DNA from: Lama glama
Taxonomy: Eukaryota
NCBI GenBank assembly: GCA_028534125.1
Contig: CM052825.1
Location: 1,674,001-1,738,000, forward strand
Direction of reading: 5' to 3'
DNA length: 64,000 nucleotides
The notes below the pieces were generated by a model, which saw only the letters and a list, made by a program, of their open reading frames with translations, did no database searches and had not been told where the DNA came from. This document shows positions 37,862 to 50,948 of the stretch, one piece after another (the first letter of the stretch is position 1; every line of letters starts with the position of its first letter). A program made the translations under genes and the position numbers.

Positions 37862-38699
37862 CTGAGGGCAAACGGGGTTGGACGGTCACTCTTCGTACAG
37901 CCCTCCCGAGGGGCCCCTTCACGAGGACCCCCCAACCCCCTGTCTGGAGCGCAGCCTGACAGCTCCCCTCCACTGGCTGGCCCCTGCAAGGCGGGAGCTC
38001 CACACCCAGCAGATCTGTGGCAAAGGGCGGCTCCAGGGTGACACAGCCATCCCCTTCCCTGCAGTCATGGGCACTAATGGTCTCCCGATGCTCAGAGTGA
38101 CCCCTCCCCTGACTCTGTCCCCAGCAGGCTAGGGCCCCACCAGCCCATCAAGATGGTCCTTCTGAAGCTCACTGGTGGGGTCACTCTGCCAAATCCAAAG
38201 CTCCAGTCTCAACCCTCATCCTCCTGGGCTCATCAGCACATCTTCCCCCCAACACTTCCTTCCCCTGGCCTTCCAGACGCCCCCAGCACCTCTGCCCTCT
38301 GGGCACCACTGTGTGATCCCTCCCCTCCGCTCTGCCCACTCACTACGGGGTCTGACTCTCACCAGGCCCTCTGGCCCCTGACGACCCGCAGCTTTCTCTC
38401 TCCTGCCGAGGCCCTGCCCTGACTCACTGATGCGTCTGACCCCCCTGGGCCCTGGAAGAGGACACCCGCAGACCCTCCCCGTTCCCCCCCGCTGCAGTCA
38501 AGGGCACCTCTGTCCTCTCAGCTCAGACAAAAACTGCAGAGAGACTCCCCGTCTCACAGGCCACACCCCATCTCCGAATGCATGGAGCACCTGGCCATCT
38601 CTCAGCCCTCAGCGCCACCTGGTCCGGGCCACAGCAGCCCCTACAAGGACCATGAGGAAGCTTTTGTCTTCCCGGTCCCCCCTCCCCCACACAGCGTCC

Positions 38700-39215
38700 A
38701 CCCAGCTCAGAAGAGGGGGTCCTCGAGAGACAAGTCAGACACTTCTCACCTCTGCTCAAACCCTCTGTCCTTTGAGTGACCATCAAGGCCCTGTTTCTCG
38801 CCTGCCCCCACTTCTGTCTTCATTGCCACGACTCCCACCGCTACCTGGCTGGGCACTGGGCCGCCTCACTGGCCTGCAAACCTGCCAGGCACACTCAGGG
38901 CCTCTGTGCCCGCTGCTCCCCAGCCTGGAGTGCCCTTCCCCCGCTGTGGGCGTGGCTGTCCCTCCCCACCAGGCCTGTGCTCAGCTGTTGCTGTGTCATG
39001 GGGCCTTCCCGGACCCCATCACAGGTGCACACCACAGCCCCTGACCCGCTGCCTCCTTCCCCTGTTACTATGCTTCACAGCGCTATTCCCAGCTGATGCA
39101 CGCGCATTTGACCTGCTGGCTTCTCCTCTGCCCGCTAGGACGCACCTCCTCGGGGATCCGCACATGTTCCTTCTACTCTACCTCCAGTGTCTAGAACAGT
39201 GCCTGGCACAAAGCA
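38700..39215 (+). mobile_element. L2 remnant
   Basis: cagggcctctgtgcccgctgctccccagcctggagtgcccttcc...cctccagtgtctagaacagtgcctggcaca. Confidence 0.65.
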
Positions 39216-39427
39216 CCACGTTTTGGAATACACTTTGAAGCAGTGTGGCCCAGTGGTCTGCATCTGCAGACAGTGAAACAGGCCTTGGTGGCTGGGAGGG
39301 AAGGAGGGAGGGAGGGCCGGGACCCTCTGGCAGGCACCACATCTTCCCGCTGGGGGCATGGGACATGGACCCTCTGCTGGCATCTACTCCCCCCGCCCCC
39401 ACCTTGGTGGTTCTGGGAAGCAGGTAC

Positions 39428-39591
39428 CCTTTATCTTGGAGATGGTGGGGGAGTTGCTCAGCATGCGGTCCAGGTCTTCCTTCAGGCTCTGGTTCTCCTC
39501 TGTGAGCTCCTGGACGCTGCGGGACAAGCTCAGGAAGGCACTGCTCATTTTTTTCTGCTTTTTAAGGCCGATTTTCTTCTCCACTGGAGGC
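39428..39591 (-). CDS. IQCE: IQCE exon 12
   Basis: PPVEKKIGLKKQKKMSSAFLSLSRSVQELTEENQSLKEDLDRMLSNSPTISKIK; 164 nt, phase 2-1. Confidence 0.94.
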
Positions 39592-39934
39592 CTAGGAGCA
39601 ACAAGACCAAGTGGCCAAGGCTGAGTTCCTCAACTGGCTCAATCCACGTCCAGACTGAGGGGTAGGCGTGTGATGTCCTGGGGGCTCAGAGCGGTTTCTG
39701 CAGACTAATGTTTGCAGCTTAACAGGGAACACTAACTTTGAACCCCAGACGGGAAGCTGTTATCCCCCCCAACCCTCCTCATTAGCAAACCCGTGTAGCA
39801 AAATACTGCATCCAGCCATTAGAAGTCGGTTTTAAATAGTGCCACTAAAAAATGCATGGAAATTTCTTGTCTCTATTGTTCCAAACGTACCGAGATACTA
39901 GTTTTGATTTTGTCTCTTATTCCACAAAGTCTAA

Positions 39935-40400
39935 AATAGTCGCTCCCCATTATTCATAGATTCCAAATCTGCAAATTCGCCTTCTCGCTAACATGTATTC
40001 GTAACCCCCAAATCGACAGCTGTGTGCCTCTGTGGTCACTCTGAGGCACGGGCAGAGGGGAGGTGTGTCTGAGCCCTGGGCGGGCACCTCTGGTCTCAGA
40101 TCTTGTGCTGTCAGTAGGGTGGTTTTCGTGGTCTACCTGGTGCCTCACGTTTGTGCTCTCTGTTGGCGGTTTCACCATTTTAAATGGTCCTTGCAGTGCA
40201 GTTTGCAGTCACTAAAAGTAAGTGACTCAGGAGGAACCACACATGTGTGTTAGACCAGCTTTGTTCAGCCCGAGTCACAGCGCAGCTGGTCGTGCATGCA
40301 GCGTTGATGAACCAACAATGTACACGAAATACGGTGTCCGTCAACAGGAACACACACAAAGGCAGGTTTCATGCTGCCTGGCTGACGGAAATGCTGTGAC
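39935..40400 (+). mobile_element. TcMar-Tigger DNA transposon fossil (MER82-like)
   Basis: ttattcatagattccaaatctgcaaattcgccttctcgctaacatgtattcgtaacccccaaatc resembles the MER82 5' end as I recall it. Right boundary approximate. Confidence 0.6.
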
Positions 40401-41016
40401 CACTCCGGGAGCAACGGGAATCGACTGTGACTCCTGCCTGGCCCTTTACAGAGTTTGCCAACCCCCATTCTAAACGACTAGGGGGAAACAGAAAAAGGGG
40501 AGAGCGTGCCTGGCAGTGTCCGTGCTCAGCAGTGTCAGCGACTCACTGCAGGGGCCGGGGCCACAACCAAATCTATGACAGTGGCCACTCCATCCTGAGT
40601 CTGTTAAAAGCGCAGTGTCGTCTCGGAAAGGGCCAAGGGGTACAGGAAATCGACCAGATAAGGAAACTCTGCTGTCTCTCCTAGGAAACCCGCGTGGCAA
40701 GGTGAACTCATACTTGGTACTAAGTGCCTTCCTGGAAGGAAGGTCTGCTTTGAAATTAGGTCTGTTTCCTAATGCTCTGCTGGAAACGTTAAGCAGTTTG
40801 AGCGCGGAACACGCTGTCCGGCGTCAGCGCGTGGCTGTAGCGAGGCCACAGCTGCACCGTCCCAGGGGGAAGCATCGGCTCTAGCCATGAACACAGCAGG
40901 GCGCTGCTCCTAAGTTTTGGGCAGTGTCTGCGGTCTCCACGCAAGGCCTGCACCACTGAGGGCAGCTGACCGGGAAGGCAACCCACAAAACATGGCTCCC
41001 AAAGAGAGGCTCATAC

Positions 41017-41066
41017 GTCTTCCCTGTCGTTTCAGAACTTGCCAGGAGAGTCTGGAGACGACGAGT
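41017..41066 (-). CDS. IQCE: IQCE exon 11
   Basis: TRRLQTLLASSETTGK; donor AC|GTATGA; 50 nt. Confidence 0.92.
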
Positions 41067-41290
41067 CTGTAAACATCAAGGTAAAGTGCAGTAAATACAA
41101 CACGAGACCAGCAGAGACCTTCCTCTGAGAACCCGGGGCTCAGTCCCAGCTTCTGCCCGGGCAGCAAGTAAGCACTGTGTTCAAGCTGAGATGGACCAGA
41201 GGAGGTTCCCACGGCGCACGCAGCCAGGCCAGCACGCACCCGCCCGCACTCTCCCAGCCCACACCCTGCTCTGGGCGAGAGGGCACACAC

Positions 41291-41363
41291 CTCCTCGTAA
41301 TACGTCTCCATGGCGACCCTCATCTCCTCCAAGTTGGTAGTCTTCATGTCAGTCTGCAGTTTG
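41291..41363 (-). CDS. IQCE: IQCE exon 10
   Basis: (N)KLQTDMKTTNLEEMRVAMETYYEE; donor GAG|GTGTGT; 73 nt. Confidence 0.95.
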
Positions 41364-42375
41364 CTGAAAACCCAAGTTCAGAGTTAACGTGGCAGACTGC
41401 CAGCACTCCCAGGCACAGCAGGAGGAAGTGTGTTTCCCAGAACACCGGACAAGGACGGGCTTTGGAAGAGAGCCGGCTGGGTGGGTGGGGGGAGCCTGGG
41501 CCGGCCCTCAGCTGGCAGGAGGCCTTGCACAAGACGGATGAGGAGAGAACTCCCGCCCCCACAGGGCCCTTCCATGTGGGACCAGCCACTTTCCAGGCTG
41601 AGGTAACAGACTCCCAGGGGACAGTCTCTGCTTTAAGAGGCTGTCTTTAAAAACTGGAGTAACTATGGAGAAAGACCTCAGGGTTAGACAGGACAAGTCA
41701 TCTTTGGGGAAGGTGGGGAGATGTTCTTGTCCTCAACTTTTCACAGACTTTAGGCACAAGGCTCTAACAGAGAAAGGAAAGTCAAGTCACCGAGTGCAGC
41801 AATCTGAACCAGAAAAGCCCAGCCAACAATAAATGCTTAAAGCCGACAATTTCAGCAGAGACAAAAGGGAGGGAGAGCTAGTGTATAAAGAGGGTACACC
41901 GGGCAGTAGAAAGTGAAACGTAGATTTCCTTAGATAAACTCAGACACAGGGGGGAAAGACTCTCCCTTGGTGACCCAACAGCAGGAAAGGAGTCTGTGTA
42001 GCAGCACTAGAAACAGCGCCAGGGTAGGTGGGGCACCGCACAGCAAAGACAGGCAGCCGGCGAGCGCGTGGCCGAGCGCTCACGGCTCGCATCGAGGTCC
42101 CTAAAGTTCACGCCGGAGTAAGACGTGGTCACAGAAGACGAAGGAGGGAAAGCGTTTCTCCAGCGTAACAGGACAAGGAAGGATTAGGGAGAAGGAACAC
42201 TGTTCCTTGGTGACGTCTGGAAGAGGGAGCAGAAGGGTGAAGCTGGGACAGGGACGTGGGCGGATGGACGTGGGAAGCGCAGAGGCAGCTGCGGAGACGG
42301 CGAACGCGGGTGGTGAGAGCCGCAGGATGCGCGTGCACGTGCGTGTGCGCATGCGTGCGGCCCAGCCGGCCTCAG

Positions 42376-42412
42376 CCCCCGCCCCGCCCCGCCCCGCCCC
42401 GCCCCGCCCGCC
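42376..42412. repeat. (GCCCC)n pentamer repeat
   Basis: About 7 tandem units, read directly. Confidence 0.9.
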
Positions 42413-42424
42413 GCCTCCCCGTAC

Positions 42425-42495
42425 TTGATGGTGCTGTCCTTCTCCTTGCACTGCTGCTCCAACTTGAGAATCCGCTGCTTCAGCCCGTTGATCAC
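42425..42495 (-). CDS. IQCE: IQCE exon 9
   Basis: VINGLKQRILKLEQQCKEKDSTI; donor AA|GTACGG; 71 nt. Confidence 0.94.
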
Positions 42496-43736
42496 CTGCC
42501 AACGGGACACCACCGCGTCAAGCTGACCGTCCCTGCGGTCCCCCCCCAACGCCCCCAAGACGCAGACCGCCCTGTCCGCAGGCTGGGTTGGGTGTCCCCT
42601 GCCGGCGGACAGGGCAGCATCCCCAGTCCTGCCCGTTCACTCGCCGGCGTCTCTTCCAGGCTCCAGGTGCAGCCAGGAGAGAGGGGGCCAGCCGTCCCGC
42701 CCACCAGAGCAGAGTGGAGAGTAAGCGGAGGTACGGGGGTGCCCCCACAAAGCTGCAGCCTTCCCCCTCCAGCCCACTCCACACTCGCACTGCGGACGGG
42801 GGACAGCACCTACACTGGGGTTTAGATACAAAACCCAGGAGCGGAGGCCCGTGACAACTCGGTCCACAGCACCGCGCGGGGAGGGAGCAGGGCTGGAGGC
42901 GGCCGGGCCGCCGGGCCCAGGCCAGGGCGGCCCTGAGGGACCTCCCGCCCGGCTGCTTCCTGCTCCGTTAGTGCAGGCTCTGGGAGATAACACCCGTATA
43001 TTCCCCAAAGAACACCCCGTTTTTTCTTCTTCAGCAGTCAAACAACTTTTTAATTGGATTTTAAGGTCGTTTTTCGTTATCCTAGTAATACTTGAATATA
43101 TTTTCTTGTAAAAAGAATTATAGATGAAACTACAGCCTTTGACCTCACCCCTCTCAACTAAATGTCATTATCAACTTTGTGTATAGACCTTAGCTTACGC
43201 ATGCACACACGTGTGCACAACCACAGAGATTCTGGCATTTGTACATCTGTTTACACAAGTGGGATCCTCCCACACATATCTTTCTGCAACCTGCATTTTT
43301 TTTTTCCACTCAACAAACTGTCTTGCTACTCTGCCCAGCCAGTTCCTGCGGACTTATGTCCTCCTTCCAGGACAGGAACATACACGGTCCAGTTCCCCAC
43401 CCTGCTGACAGATACTGATACGTTACCAGTTTGTGCTACTACAAACCCCTTCAATGGAAACTCCCTGTGCGCACACGCAAGTGCTTCTCCAGGGCAGATG
43501 AGGACGAGCACAAGCGTTCCGTCACAGGGCAGAGGTCTGGCAAAGGGCAGCAGAGGGAAAACTGCCCACACCCTTGCGATCTACAATGTCTACTTTTAAC
43601 CCACTTTAATTTAAAAAAAAACACAGCATCAGAACAAAAATGCAAAAAGCCTTTTCTCTGTACAAGCATTCATTATTTATAGAATTCTACATCCTCACCA
43701 AATTAATCATATAGACATTTCTAAACGTAGCTGTAC

Positions 43737-43741
<5 letters not shown>

Positions 43742-43773
<32 letters not shown>
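43742..43773. repeat. (TA)16 microsatellite
   Basis: Perfect dinucleotide run. Confidence 0.95.
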
Positions 43774-43777
<4 letters not shown>

Positions 43778-44921
43778 AAAATGTCTTTTGGAACATGTTT
43801 TGATACAGTGGTATTCCAATGTGACTGGCTTCACCTCAAGTTTCCCCCTAAACTGGACAGCTATAAATATCCTTGTGCAGATGGCTTCTTGTACTGGATT
43901 TCTTTCTTGAGACATAGTCCTAAAAAGAGCATTATTCAACCACCAGCAGGCACAGTGTCACAGATCGTCACTGCACACGGTCACATCGTCCCGGCCTTCA
44001 CAGAGCTAACGGTCACTCACTGTGAGCCGTTTGGGTAAAGCTCTCAACCTCAGCTTCCTGATTTTAAAAATGGGAATTGACGTCCCCATGACAAAAAGTC
44101 CAATGTGCAAACTGTACAACTCTACAGCGTTTAAGAGTTCTGTTATTTAAAAACTACTTATTGCGGAAATACATCGATTGGTTCGCAAGCACTTAAGCAT
44201 TTACTTTGTGCTGTTTCAGCAGAGAGCTAGGCTGTAATCCTTTATTCAGAGTAGACCGCTTTTATTCCTTATCGATTTGCAGGGATTCGTTGCATATTCT
44301 GGAGAAAAACTCCGCTGTGTTCATCAGCAGTGCCCGCCCTCTGCCCCCTCCCCCTTACACTGACCCACTTTCCATTGTAGTCTTATGGGTTTTATTGTAA
44401 ATTTTAAATTTATGTTCTCAAACCCATTAATCACATCATTAATGTGATTTTGTGTTCAACGATCTCAACGTTGAATCCCTGCCGGTTTTCTTTTAGCATT
44501 TTTGATTTCTTATAAACATGTGTTTCCTTGACTCATACGAGATTTATTGCGATACGTTTTTCTCCAACTGCTATAGTTTATTGCCACGGCATTATGGTAC
44601 AGTGGTTCCACTTTCCATAATTTTGTTCCATTCAATCTGTGATGTATTATTACACAAAACACAAGAGGGGTTCGTATGTGTTTTAAGGCCCTAATTATAT
44701 TCCTGCTTTGTTTCCCTGTTTTAAATCAGTGTCATCTGTTAAGTCTGATGTGTTTTTTTTCAGTCCCCCTCTGTGATGACCCTTTCCTACAGCAGCCTTT
44801 GGGCCAATGGTAAGCCTACTAGCCTCCCCCCGAGCCCCTCCTGAAACCTGCCACTCCTCTAAAGGCTGCTTCTAACACCAGATTTCAGAGGACAGGTTAC
44901 CTGTTCTGAGATTATACTCAC

Positions 44922-44972
44922 CCAGCCAGTGTCAGGCCTTTTCTCTGCCAGAGTCCGAACAAAATCCGGGCC
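44922..44972 (-). CDS. IQCE: IQCE exon 8
   Basis: GPDFVRTLAEKRPDTGW; donor TGG|GTGAGT; 51 nt. Confidence 0.94.
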
Positions 44973-45098
44973 CTGCAGTGAGCAGATGGAGAAATGAAGA
45001 CAAGGTGTGGTTTAGCGCCCCCTCGTGAGTCGGCCGAGGGCCCTGCATCCCCCCCCCCCCCCAGCATCTGGACACCGCCGCGCAGGCCAGGAACCTAC

Positions 45099-45212
45099 CC
45101 GGGACGGATCCAAGAGCTGTTCTATCTGCCGGTCCTTTCGGCTGTTTTCCTCTTCTAAGCGCCGAAGCTTTGTTCTCATCAGATCCACATCACTCTTCTG
45201 CATGTGTAATGA
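45099..45212 (-). CDS. IQCE: IQCE exon 7
   Basis: SLHMQKSDVDLMRTKLRRLEEENSRKDRQIEQLLDPSR; donor CGG|GTAGGT; 114 nt. Confidence 0.95.
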
Positions 45213-46744
45213 CTGAAGGACAGAAGGACCACACGCACGGACACACACACCGTGCACACAGACACCCAGTGAGACACTGAGTTGAGAGGCGTTTTAAAAG
45301 CCGTCTAGTTCCCAATCAGGGCACTGTGTGTGCGGGCGCGGGGGGGGTGAGGGAGGTCTGGATGTCACCTGCCTCATTAGGGGCAGGACCACCCACACAG
45401 CTAGGAACTGCCACCCAAAGCGCCAACAGCACCCACCCCCGCCAGCCGCAAACGCTGCTCCACAAATCAGTCCTGTCAGCAGCGAGTCTGGAAGGTGCCA
45501 ACACGACGTGTTCTCCTCCACGTCCGCGTGGGAAAGCCCATGTTTCTGACACCACACCTCATCATAGTCTAATGTCCTTTTAAAATTCTTCTCAACTAAG
45601 GCTCAGTTAGTCCGAGCTATGGTTCCCGAACGCTTATCTGTGGATGAATTTTTCACCAGCCCGTGGTGAGTTTAGAAGAAAGACTATCAATTTTTCACAA
45701 AACTAAGTTTACTTAATGTTTACAACTCTCCTGTATTTTGAAATTGTGTCCTTCCTACTGTTTTGGACACATACAGTCCTTTTATGAAATGGTGATGGAA
45801 GGGTTAGGGTATTCCAAAGTTTTGTTTTCAATGTCCTCACTTGAAAAAGCCTTTTCCTTGTCTGTGAAGCCACACAACCTGAAAGTGTACGGTTAAGACC
45901 GTGCTCAGAAGCCTCATGGGGAAACGGCCGCACAGGTCGGCCAGTGCTACAGTTACCCCACTTCCAGCATCGGCCCGCACCCGAATTAGCCAGTTATCTT
46001 GGAGGCGTCCTTCTCCTTTCAAGGGGCTTGTGGTGCTCAGAAGAGTCTGAATGTCTGAACAAACCCAGCTGCCACCACTGAAAAGACAATTCAAAGTGTG
46101 CGTCCCACTGAGGGATGCCTGGAAAGCCAGCCACATGCCCACAGTTGGCAGGAGAGATGCCTGGCTCTTGATGAGTGTTCAGTGAGTAAGTCAGTTAATA
46201 CACAGTCATTAGGAAAGAGAAGAAATCCAGTCATGGGAATTCTGCTTCCAGAAATACGGAGTACACTCACTTTTCCCTATTCCTCCTGCTCAGTACAGCT
46301 AAAAACCTCGGTCACTGCATGTAAAGCAAACACAAAAAGACTCGGAAAGGTGGAGAGGAGGAGGAAGACTAGCCGGGACCTCAGGATCCAGACAACGACA
46401 AGCAGGGGGCTCCTCCAGTTCTCCTTTGCCTTGCATGCCCTGGCCTGGCTGCTGCAGGGGCCTACGCTGGACAAGGCAGTGGGCAGGGACAGGAAAAGCC
46501 TCTGCTCTCTGGCAAAAAGGGGCAGCCTAACAAGGCAGAAAATGCACGTACAGTAACTGCTCCGGCCCAGGGAAAGAGCGCAGGAAACACTGCTGGGGAG
46601 CCTGGACCCCAGCCTGCCAGGCTGCAGCAAGGTGCCCACCCCTCCTCACTGGGGCTGGGGGTGGGGGAAGGTGTGTCAGAGGAGGCCAACTGGAGGGCCA
46701 GGACTCTCACCATCCAGTGGTGACCAGGTCACACACAAAGCAAG

Positions 46745-47990
46745 ATTGGCGAGTTAGATACTAACATACCAATAATTACATTAAACGTAAACGATCCAAA
46801 CAAACCAATCAGAAGACGGAGACTAGCAAAGCGGATGAAAAAGCGTGACCCATCCACATGCTGTCTGTAAGAAACTCGAAAGTAAAAGGATAGAGAGAGA
46901 TGCCATTGAAACATTCATCAAAAAACATTCATCAAATCGTTAATCTGAACTAACATCAGACAAAGCAGAGAAGGGAAACTGACAGAACAGAATGGGACAT
47001 TACGTAATGATTGTAAGGGTCCGGCCCCCAACAAGACAGCAGTCCTAAATGTGTGTCCACCAAGCAGAGCTGGAAAACACGTGAGGTGACACCCGACAGA
47101 GCTGACAGGGGAAACCAAGAAACCCACAATTACATTGGAGACATCAACACCCTTCTCCCAACAACTGATGGAGCAGCGGGACAGAAGGTCAGCAGGGGCA
47201 CGAAAGAACTCAGACCACCAACAACCGACAGGCGCCAAGGGACATTCGTGGAACGCTCCACCCGGCCTCAGAATGCCCGTCTCTCCAAATGTCCACGGAG
47301 CCCACGTGTAGACAGACCACATCGTGGGCCACACAGCAAACCTCAACAAACGTCCAAGAAATGAGGTTATTGAGTGCATTCTGTGGAGTCAAACTAGACG
47401 TCGACAACAAAAACAACGGGAAAATCTTTAACTCTTAGAAACCAAACAACACGATTCCAAACAATCACGGGTCCAAAAAATGCATTAAAAATGCATTAAA
47501 AAATACAACATATCACAGTGGGCAGTAGGCAGTAACACAGTCTGAGGGGGAGGAACTACAGACACAAGCGACAGCCAGGATGGACCTCACGAGAAAGAAC
47601 GGAAGGAGACAACCCCGAGGTCACACACCACCCGACTCCATTTACATGACACTGTCAAGATGCCAACATTCCAGAGATGGAGGAAAATCAGTGGTTTCCA
47701 GGAGTGAGGGGTGGTGGGTGGGGAGGGAGGTGGGCGTGACGTCAAGGGGCAGGATGAGGACATCTCTGGGGTGTCAGGGCCATCATGTGTCTTGACTGCA
47801 ATGCTGGTTACACAGGTCTACACATGAGATGATGTGACCCAGAACTACATATGCACCCTGCACCCCGACATCGGTCTCCTGGTTTCGATATTGCACAATT
47901 GTCACGTGAGGCGTAACCACTGGAGGAGACGGAGTGAGGGTGCCAGGGCCTCTCTGCCCTAGCATCGTGACTTCCTGGGAGCCTGCCATT
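46745..47990 (+). mobile_element. Internally deleted old L1 (ORF2 endonuclease remnant joined to an L1MC-like 3' UTR)
   Basis: From 46772 it translates IITLNVNDPNKPIRRRRLAKRMKKRDPSTCCL*ET, the start of the L1 ORF2 APE domain. From ~47570 the sequence is typical L1 3' UTR (gactccatttacatgaca...tcagtggtttccaggagtgaggg). Confidence 0.82.
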
Positions 47991-49376
47991 GTGTCACAGC
48001 GAGCGTATGACAGGCTGACCTCGGACTGCATGTTAGGCAGGACACTACCGCCCTTTCGTGGGCTAGTCTACGAACCCTCACAACAACCCTGAGAAATGGT
48101 ACTGTTATTATCATCCCTGTTTTTCAACAGGAAACCGATGCATCACTTGCTTGAGGAAAGCTACCCTGGACGCTCCAGATCCTGGAGCAACAGTGTTGAA
48201 AGTAAAACTCTCTTCTGTCGGGACTGAGAAGCTCAGGCTGACTTCGTTTGAATAAAGTCAGTACGATGCTACCCAGAGACTTGTTTCTGCCCCAGGAAAG
48301 CTCCTTCCGAGAGTGCTGCTGTGGGGATTAGTCGCAGTTTCAGGGACTCTGAGCTCACGCAGTACAGTCTCCGAACCCAGATAAGAATTCTCCTGTGGCA
48401 CCCTGGGGAAAGTCACCCCACGTTCGCTGAACACCTCCCCAGACAGGGCTGCAGTGACCCCTTGGGCAAGACTTCCACTGCTACACATCCCTGGGCATGC
48501 TTGGACCCAGGAGAGGGCAGTGTCCCGCTGCTCAGGTGCGACGGTTGCCAGGCTCCTCACCGGGCCCTGGGCACGCTGGCCGCCAGCACCCTGCCGAACC
48601 CCTGCCGCTCAGACTGATTGCAGCCCTCGAGGTCCAGCTCGCCTGGTGGGGAAGGCAGGTCTGTGCACAGACCAGCGTTGCGGTGGGGGGAGCCCCAGCC
48701 GCTCCCCCAGCGGCACATGAGTATGTGCAGATATTAAAGAGCAGGCGGCAATCCTGGCGGTGGTGAAGGTGACGAGGGTGGTGATCATGAACTGCAGTGC
48801 CACGGGTGCTTCAGGGAGGGCAGCAGCAAGGGTCAGCGAGAAGAGCCTCAGCCCCGGGTGGCAGAGGGCCTCGCCAGAAAGCCCGGTTCTGCTACTGGTT
48901 GAACTCGGCTGGACGCCTAACCTCGCCGAGTCTCTGGGTCATCACCAGATGACAGCTGTAAGCTATCCAGGGGCTCCTGCAGAGCCCCACTGAGGTCGGG
49001 CGTGCGCAGTGCCGTTAACACCAAAGAATTACACACACGGGAGGTTTCTGGTAACAGCACCCCCAGTGACCTTATCACAACGCCGAGCCTCAGGGCGCAC
49101 AAGGACTACCCCAGTCCTCTCCACCGTGCCGGACAGGCCGGGCGCAGGTGGGCTCCAACCACCGTCGGCCCCTCACGCCCGCCGCTGGTGCGAGGCCTTC
49201 CTCTAGCCAGTGTCGCCCAGCTCCTCAGACCCCAGGCCAGGCGTCAGACCCAGGTGTCCCTCCAAACCGCGTGTTCTTTCCCCACAGATAATCCCAGCAC
49301 GGATGCTGACTTCCCAGCCACTGTCATTAGCAGGCTTTCCTGCTTAAAATCAACAAAGAACAGCTGGAAACACTAC

Positions 49377-49447
49377 CTTCTTCAGCTCGATGATCTCATC
49401 GTACATGTCCTCCTTCTCTCTGTGGATGGGGGTCCCAGGGACGGAGC
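49377..49447 (-). CDS. IQCE: IQCE exon 6
   Basis: (G)SVPGTPIHREKEDMYDEIIELKK; donor AAG|GTAGTG; 71 nt. Confidence 0.95.
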
Positions 49448-50328
49448 CTGCAGGGAGACACACAGCCCTCTTACAGGGCCGTCTGAAAGGCAAGAGTTCT
49501 GGGCTATACCTTAAGGAAAACCTGCAAGTTAATAACATTATCCCTTTTTTTTTTAAAAAAGGAGAATAAAAAAGAAAAGCAAAAGTATTTCCACATTTTT
49601 AAACTGATCGTGCTCTTTCCCCAAAAGTGAGGAAATCCAGAAAGATGAAGGAAGAGAAAATGAAACATGTGAACTCGGGGCTTAATTATAGTAAAGGAGT
49701 AAAGACGGGAGTCTAACGGGGAAGTGATACGATAAACAGCAAACATAATAAAAAAACAAACACACATGCGCTCACACTGACGAGCACGCCCGCGTCTAAC
49801 GGACGGTGTGCGGGGCGCTCCGCGCTGTGTGATCCCTGAAGGGCCAGGACTCTGACACACAAGCCCAAAATGGCCCTGCCAGCGGCCGGTGCAGCAAGGG
49901 GATGTTGCGGGCACTGGGACACGCTGTCTCCACACTTCCCACGGGGCGGACAGGAAAAGCAGTGCCAGCCGAGGGAGGAAACACCCAGCTTAACACCAGA
50001 CAGGAGGACAGAAACATGAAAACTAACCAACTCTTTCTGGTGAGATTTGGGCTTTTTAGTACTCTTTACAGTTTTTATCTCTAAGACTGCTTATCCAGTA
50101 AATTGAAATAGGACCCCAAGTGTCAGGAGGCAGGCACACTGAAGCCCCGGAAGATGTCCCCGCCCACATCAGGGGTGGGACGGACCTTCAGGGGCTACCG
50201 TCCTCAGGACACCCGCAGACTCCTACAGATGGAACCCCAGATCTCACTGTCACAGCTCACCCCCAAGCCCCAGAGCCCTTCCTCTCGCTCTTCCTCAGTG
50301 GCGGCCATGTCACCATCAACATGCTCAC

Positions 50329-50463
50329 CGTGGCTGGCAGAACGCCTGAGATTTGACCTCCTCATTCTTATGGCTTCTGTCAGATAGTCGGGGGTGCTGC
50401 TGGGGGGGGTGGTCCACGCACGCTCCAAGGTGAGATCTGATCTCAGGGCTTGGGTCAGACTTC
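50329..50463 (-). CDS. IQCE: IQCE exon 5
   Basis: (G)SLTQALRSDLTLERAWTTPPSSTPDYLTEAIRMRRSNLRRSASH; donor G|GTGAGC; 135 nt. Confidence 0.93.
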
Positions 50464-50948
50464 CTGGTTTGAATGTGCACGGATTTAACAGAACAGGTAC
50501 AAGCAGGTACAATAGGAGGCGTGGTCTCTATAATCAGTCTTCCGGATGAAGAACACTCAGGGCCACCAGCGGCGTGTGGCACACGTTCGACCACCAGCTC
50601 TCAAGACAGATAAAGCCCCGATCGGTCGCATCTGCCCATCTCGGTGGTCTGAATATTCCCTCCGCCCCCAGCTGAGCAGCCGGCTCCTGCAAGCCAGGAG
50701 GGGCGCCATGGCACTCCCCGGGGCCCCACCCCGGGCGGGCGGCGGTGCCGGGCCAGCTGAGGCCCTCGCACGCAGACCACGTGTGGACTACACTCTGCGC
50801 TGCGTGAAAGCAGAGGCACTGTGTCTCTGAGAACGTTCAGAACACTGTCATTCAGGCGAGCGGTATTTAGAGCTCTATCTCAAGTCCCCACCCGCCATTC
50901 TTAGCACTCCTCTCTGGGGCACGAAGGGCTTCTGCGGGGACCACATAC

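Larger units (their letters stand above)
42050..43000. promoter_or_regulatory. Intragenic CpG-rich block around IQCE exon 9
   Basis: High CpG density, (GCCCC)n array, and an alternating purine-pyrimidine tract. Confidence 0.55.
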
